From Okamejei kenojei (taxonomy: Eukaryota): a stretch of 64,000 nt of DNA. The position numbers and the translations under genes are program-made. Below are positions 60,751 to 64,000 of this stretch, piece after piece. Under the pieces are notes generated by a model. It saw nothing but the letters and a program-made list of their open reading frames with translations, searched no databases and had not been told where the DNA came from. Each line of letters begins with the position of its first letter. The first letter of the stretch is position 1. The stretch spans positions 43,896,001 to 43,960,000 of the forward strand of contig CM069137.1 of the NCBI GenBank assembly GCA_035221665.1. Direction: 5' to 3'.

Positions 60751-62312
60751 CAGTGCATTCCATAATGTTTGGGACCAAGACGCATCATTTATTTATTTGC
60801 CTCTGTACTCCACAATTTGAGATTTGTAATAGAAAAAACCACATATGGTTAAAGTGCACATTGTCAGATTTTAATAAAGGCCATTTTTATACATTTTGGT
60901 TATACATTTCACCCTGTTTATACATAGTCCCCCCATTTCAGGGCACCATAGTGTTTGGGACACATGGCTTCACAAGTGTTTGTAGTTGCTTGGGTGTGTA
61001 ATAATTGCCTCCTTAATGCAGGTATAAGAGAGCTCTCTGCACCTCGTCTTTCCTCCAGTCTTTCCATCACCTTTGGAAACTTTTATTGCTGTTTATCAAA
61101 ATGAGGACCAAAGTTGTGCCAATGAAAGTCAAAGAAATCAGTATGAGACTGAGAAACAAGAATAAAACTGTTAGACACATCAGCCAAACCTTAGGCTTAC
61201 CAAAATCAACTGTTTGGAACATCATTAAGAAGAAAGAGAGCACTGGTGAACTTACTAATCGCAAAGGGACTGGCAGGCCAAGGAAGACATCCACAGCTGA
61301 TGACAAAGGAATTCTCTCTATGATAAAGAAAAAAACCCAAACATCTGTCCGACAGATCAGAAACACTCTTCAGGAGTCAGGTGTGGATTTATCAATGACC
61401 ACTGTCCACAGAAGACCTCATGAACAGAAATATAGAGGTGACACTGCAAGATGCAAACCACTGGTTAGCCACAAAAATAGGATTGCAAGGTTGCAATTTG
61501 CCAAGAAGTACTTAAAAGAGCAACCACAGTCTGGAAAAGGGTTTGTGGACAGATGAGACAAAGATTAACATATCAGAGTGATGGCAAGAACAAAGTTTGG
61601 AGGAGAGAAGGAACTGCACAAGATCCAAAGCATACCACCTCATCTGTGAAACACAGTGGTGGGGGTGTTATGGCCTGGGCATGTATGACTGCTGAAGGTA
61701 TTGGCTCACTTATCTTCATTGATGATACAACTGCTGATAGTAGTGGCATAATGAATTCTTAAGTGTATAGGCACATCCTATCTGCTCAAGTTCAAACAAA
61801 TGCCTCAAAACTCATTGGTTGGCAGTTCATTCCACAGCAAGATAATGATCCCAAACATACTGCTAAAGCAACAAAGGAGTTTTACAAAACTAAAAAATGG
61901 TCAATATTTGAGTGGCCGAGTCAATCACCCGATCTGAACCCAATTGAGCAACCCGTTTATATGCTGAAGAGAAAACTGAAAGGGACTAGCCGACAAAACA
62001 AGCATAAGCTAAAGATGGCTGCAATACAGGCCTGGCAGAGCATCACCAGAGAAGACACCCAGCAACTGGTGATGTCCATGAATCACAGACTTCAAGCAGT
62101 CATTGCATGCAAAGGATATGGGGGGACTATGTATATACACTGCTGTAATTTCAACATGGTGAAACCAAAATGTATAAAAATTACCTTTATTAAAATCTGA
62201 CAATGCACACTTTAACCACATTTGCCTATTTCTATTACAAATCTCAAATTGTGGAGTACAGAGGCAATAGATAAATGATTGGTCTTTGTCCCAAACATTA
62301 TGGTGGGCACTG
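60751..62312 (+). mobile_element. Tc1 family A, near full-length defective copy
   Basis: TA at 60749-60750 and 62313-62314. TIRs of about 200 bp with internal direct repeats (gtttgggac). Frameshifted transposase with HTH (LGLPKSTVWNII), GRPRK, QQDNDPKHT, WPSQSPDLNPIE. Confidence 0.93.
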
Positions 62313-63197
62313 TATTTGGGATCTAGGGAGCATTAAAATATCCCTATCAACAGACCTCCTTTAAAACCCTGGCCATGGTGTTCAATGGACTATTCAATTT
62401 TGAGCCCCATTATTTTACTTTTTTCAATAATTGCTTTATTCTTCGATCGCTTTTATTCTCTGATATCCTGTAATATACATAATATTTATTGCACATGCAG
62501 TTTTCTTTCCCAGCACTTTTTCTTATAGTCCATAATTTTAAAATTACCTTTTTCTTATATAGAGTCTAATGGTACCAGGTGCCCTCTGGTGCTTTACGGA
62601 AGTATCAGTAATTAATTGAGAACTTCGACCAATCCTGTACATTTTGAAAGGAGGATGAATGTTACATTTTTAAAATAAATATATAGTGAGAATATCCATG
62701 TAAATTGTACGTCTCATCTAGACCTGCAATTATAAAGAGTCGAGATGCAGCTGACTGCAGAAAACTTGAATTTTTACATGTTTCTGTCTATATTAACCAT
62801 ATGGTTTTTTCCAATGCATCGAAAGTATGCATGGACAAAAGGATTTGGCAATAGCTTTATGGCTAAATGTGTGTCATTTTACACACTAGTCTAAATATTC
62901 ATTATTGATATTAAAAGAAAGAAAAGGTAACTTGTTGAATTTAGGAAGAGCCCTCCTGCATCTTTAAGGATGAAGCTAAGGTTGTATTCAGTGAGCTCCT
63001 TCCCTTTATTTCTTCGTTCTTGCTAAGGCAATACATTTTATAGAGCATATTATTTATAGCATTTAACTCCTAACACTAATCTGACAGAAATTACTTATTA
63101 TAATAATTGGAACTTCTTTAATGGCTTATATTAATAAAATGAATTGTATTCATGCAGTGCTGAGTTATATGGGCCAGGAGGATACTGAGAAATGTTG

Positions 63198-63341
63198 NNN
63201 NNNNNNNNNNNNNNNNNNNNNNNNNNNNNNNNNNNNNNNNNNNNNNNNNNNNNNNNNNNNNNNNNNNNNNNNNNNNNNNNNNNNNNNNNNNNNNNNNNNN
63301 NNNNNNNNNNNNNNNNNNNNNNNNNNNNNNNNNNNNNNNNN
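63198..63341. other. Assembly gap (N run)
   Basis: 144 N. Confidence 0.99.
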
Positions 63342-63692
63342 AATTGCTATCCAGTGACAGGAAGTGAGCATGTGCATTTCTTGAGTGAAAATGGAATCTG
63401 TCAGGTCCACGGCAGCTCGATGTGTTGACCCGATGACAAGTAAGCGGCTAATATTTCCACCAGTTATTTGTTTTGTGGCTTTTTATGTAAGATGTGGCAG
63501 CAGGTTAGTGAAATCATAACATGCAAAGAGAATAATTGAGACCCTTTCAAAAATGATAATTTCTGATTTAAAAATTGAACAAGTCCTAAAGAAACATACT
63601 TTACCCTGGCTCCTCAGTGAATTATACTTTTTTTTATAAAAGGCTCAGGAATATATTCACAAAAATTTAATTGTTGCTGTTTCATTTAACAG

Positions 63693-63824
63693 CATCTGAG
63701 CCAAACTTAAAGGTACGGTCCAGACTAAAACAGAAAGTGGCAGAGAGAAGAAGTAGTCCTTTACTACGGAGAAAAGATGGCAGCGCCATAACCACACTTA
63801 AAAAAAGACCCATGGATGTTCAAG
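63693..63824 (+). CDS. HDAC4: HDAC4 coding exon, 14-3-3 phosphoserine (ASEP) and nuclear localisation signal
   Basis: Acceptor ttaacag|CA and donor CAAG|gtatgt. 132 bp, phase 1 to phase 1. Encodes (A)[43 protein letters not shown]. Confidence 0.93.
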
Positions 63825-64000
63825 GTATGTCAACAATAAGTAAAAAGCGGCTGTGAGTGAAGGGCATTCTTTAATGTTCTTTGTTTAGATATGCCATTTC
63901 CTGATAGAATTTTGTTTCTGTTGAGCTCATGATTCTGTATGAGAAGGATTCAAATAACTTGTTTAAAATGAATATTATTGTGGTTTTCAAAATAAAATGC

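Noticed and set aside
5877-63824. Assignment to HDAC5, HDAC7 or HDAC9
   Set aside because: Recalled residues [30 protein letters not shown] and LGMYD.KDDF fit HDAC4 best. A phylogeny would be decisive.

Overview
Eukaryotic genomic DNA, very likely from a cartilaginous fish (probably a skate or ray; inferred from HE1-like V-SINEs and the CR1/Penelope repeat set). The whole window lies inside a class IIa histone deacetylase gene, best matching HDAC4, on the + strand. Five consecutive coding exons are present (5877-6115, 10454-10604, 24791-24911, 30143-30264, 63693-63824), with canonical AG/GT sites and consistent reading phases. They encode the CtBP motif, the Q-rich domain, the MEF2-binding helix, the first 14-3-3 site and the NLS. 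The introns are packed with decayed mobile elements: CR1, RTE and Rex1/Babar LINEs, two Tc1 families, V-SINEs, Penelope-like fragments with minimal hammerhead motifs, and Helitron-like non-autonomous elements. Most notable items: (1) a 4.8-kb DIRS-type tyrosine-recombinase retrotransposon (46028-50839) whose ITR/ICR termini still match perfectly while its coding body has decayed to AT-rich remnants, inserted into a CR1 fragment at an AATAGT shared with its circle junction; (2) short hammerhead-bearing Penelope-derived units, two of them flanked by their own target-site duplications; (3) two three-level nests (Tc1>CR1>RTE and Tc1>Tc1>Penelope); (4) a Helitron inserted into the head of another Helitron. 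There are four N gaps. All calls were made by eye; no database searches were run.
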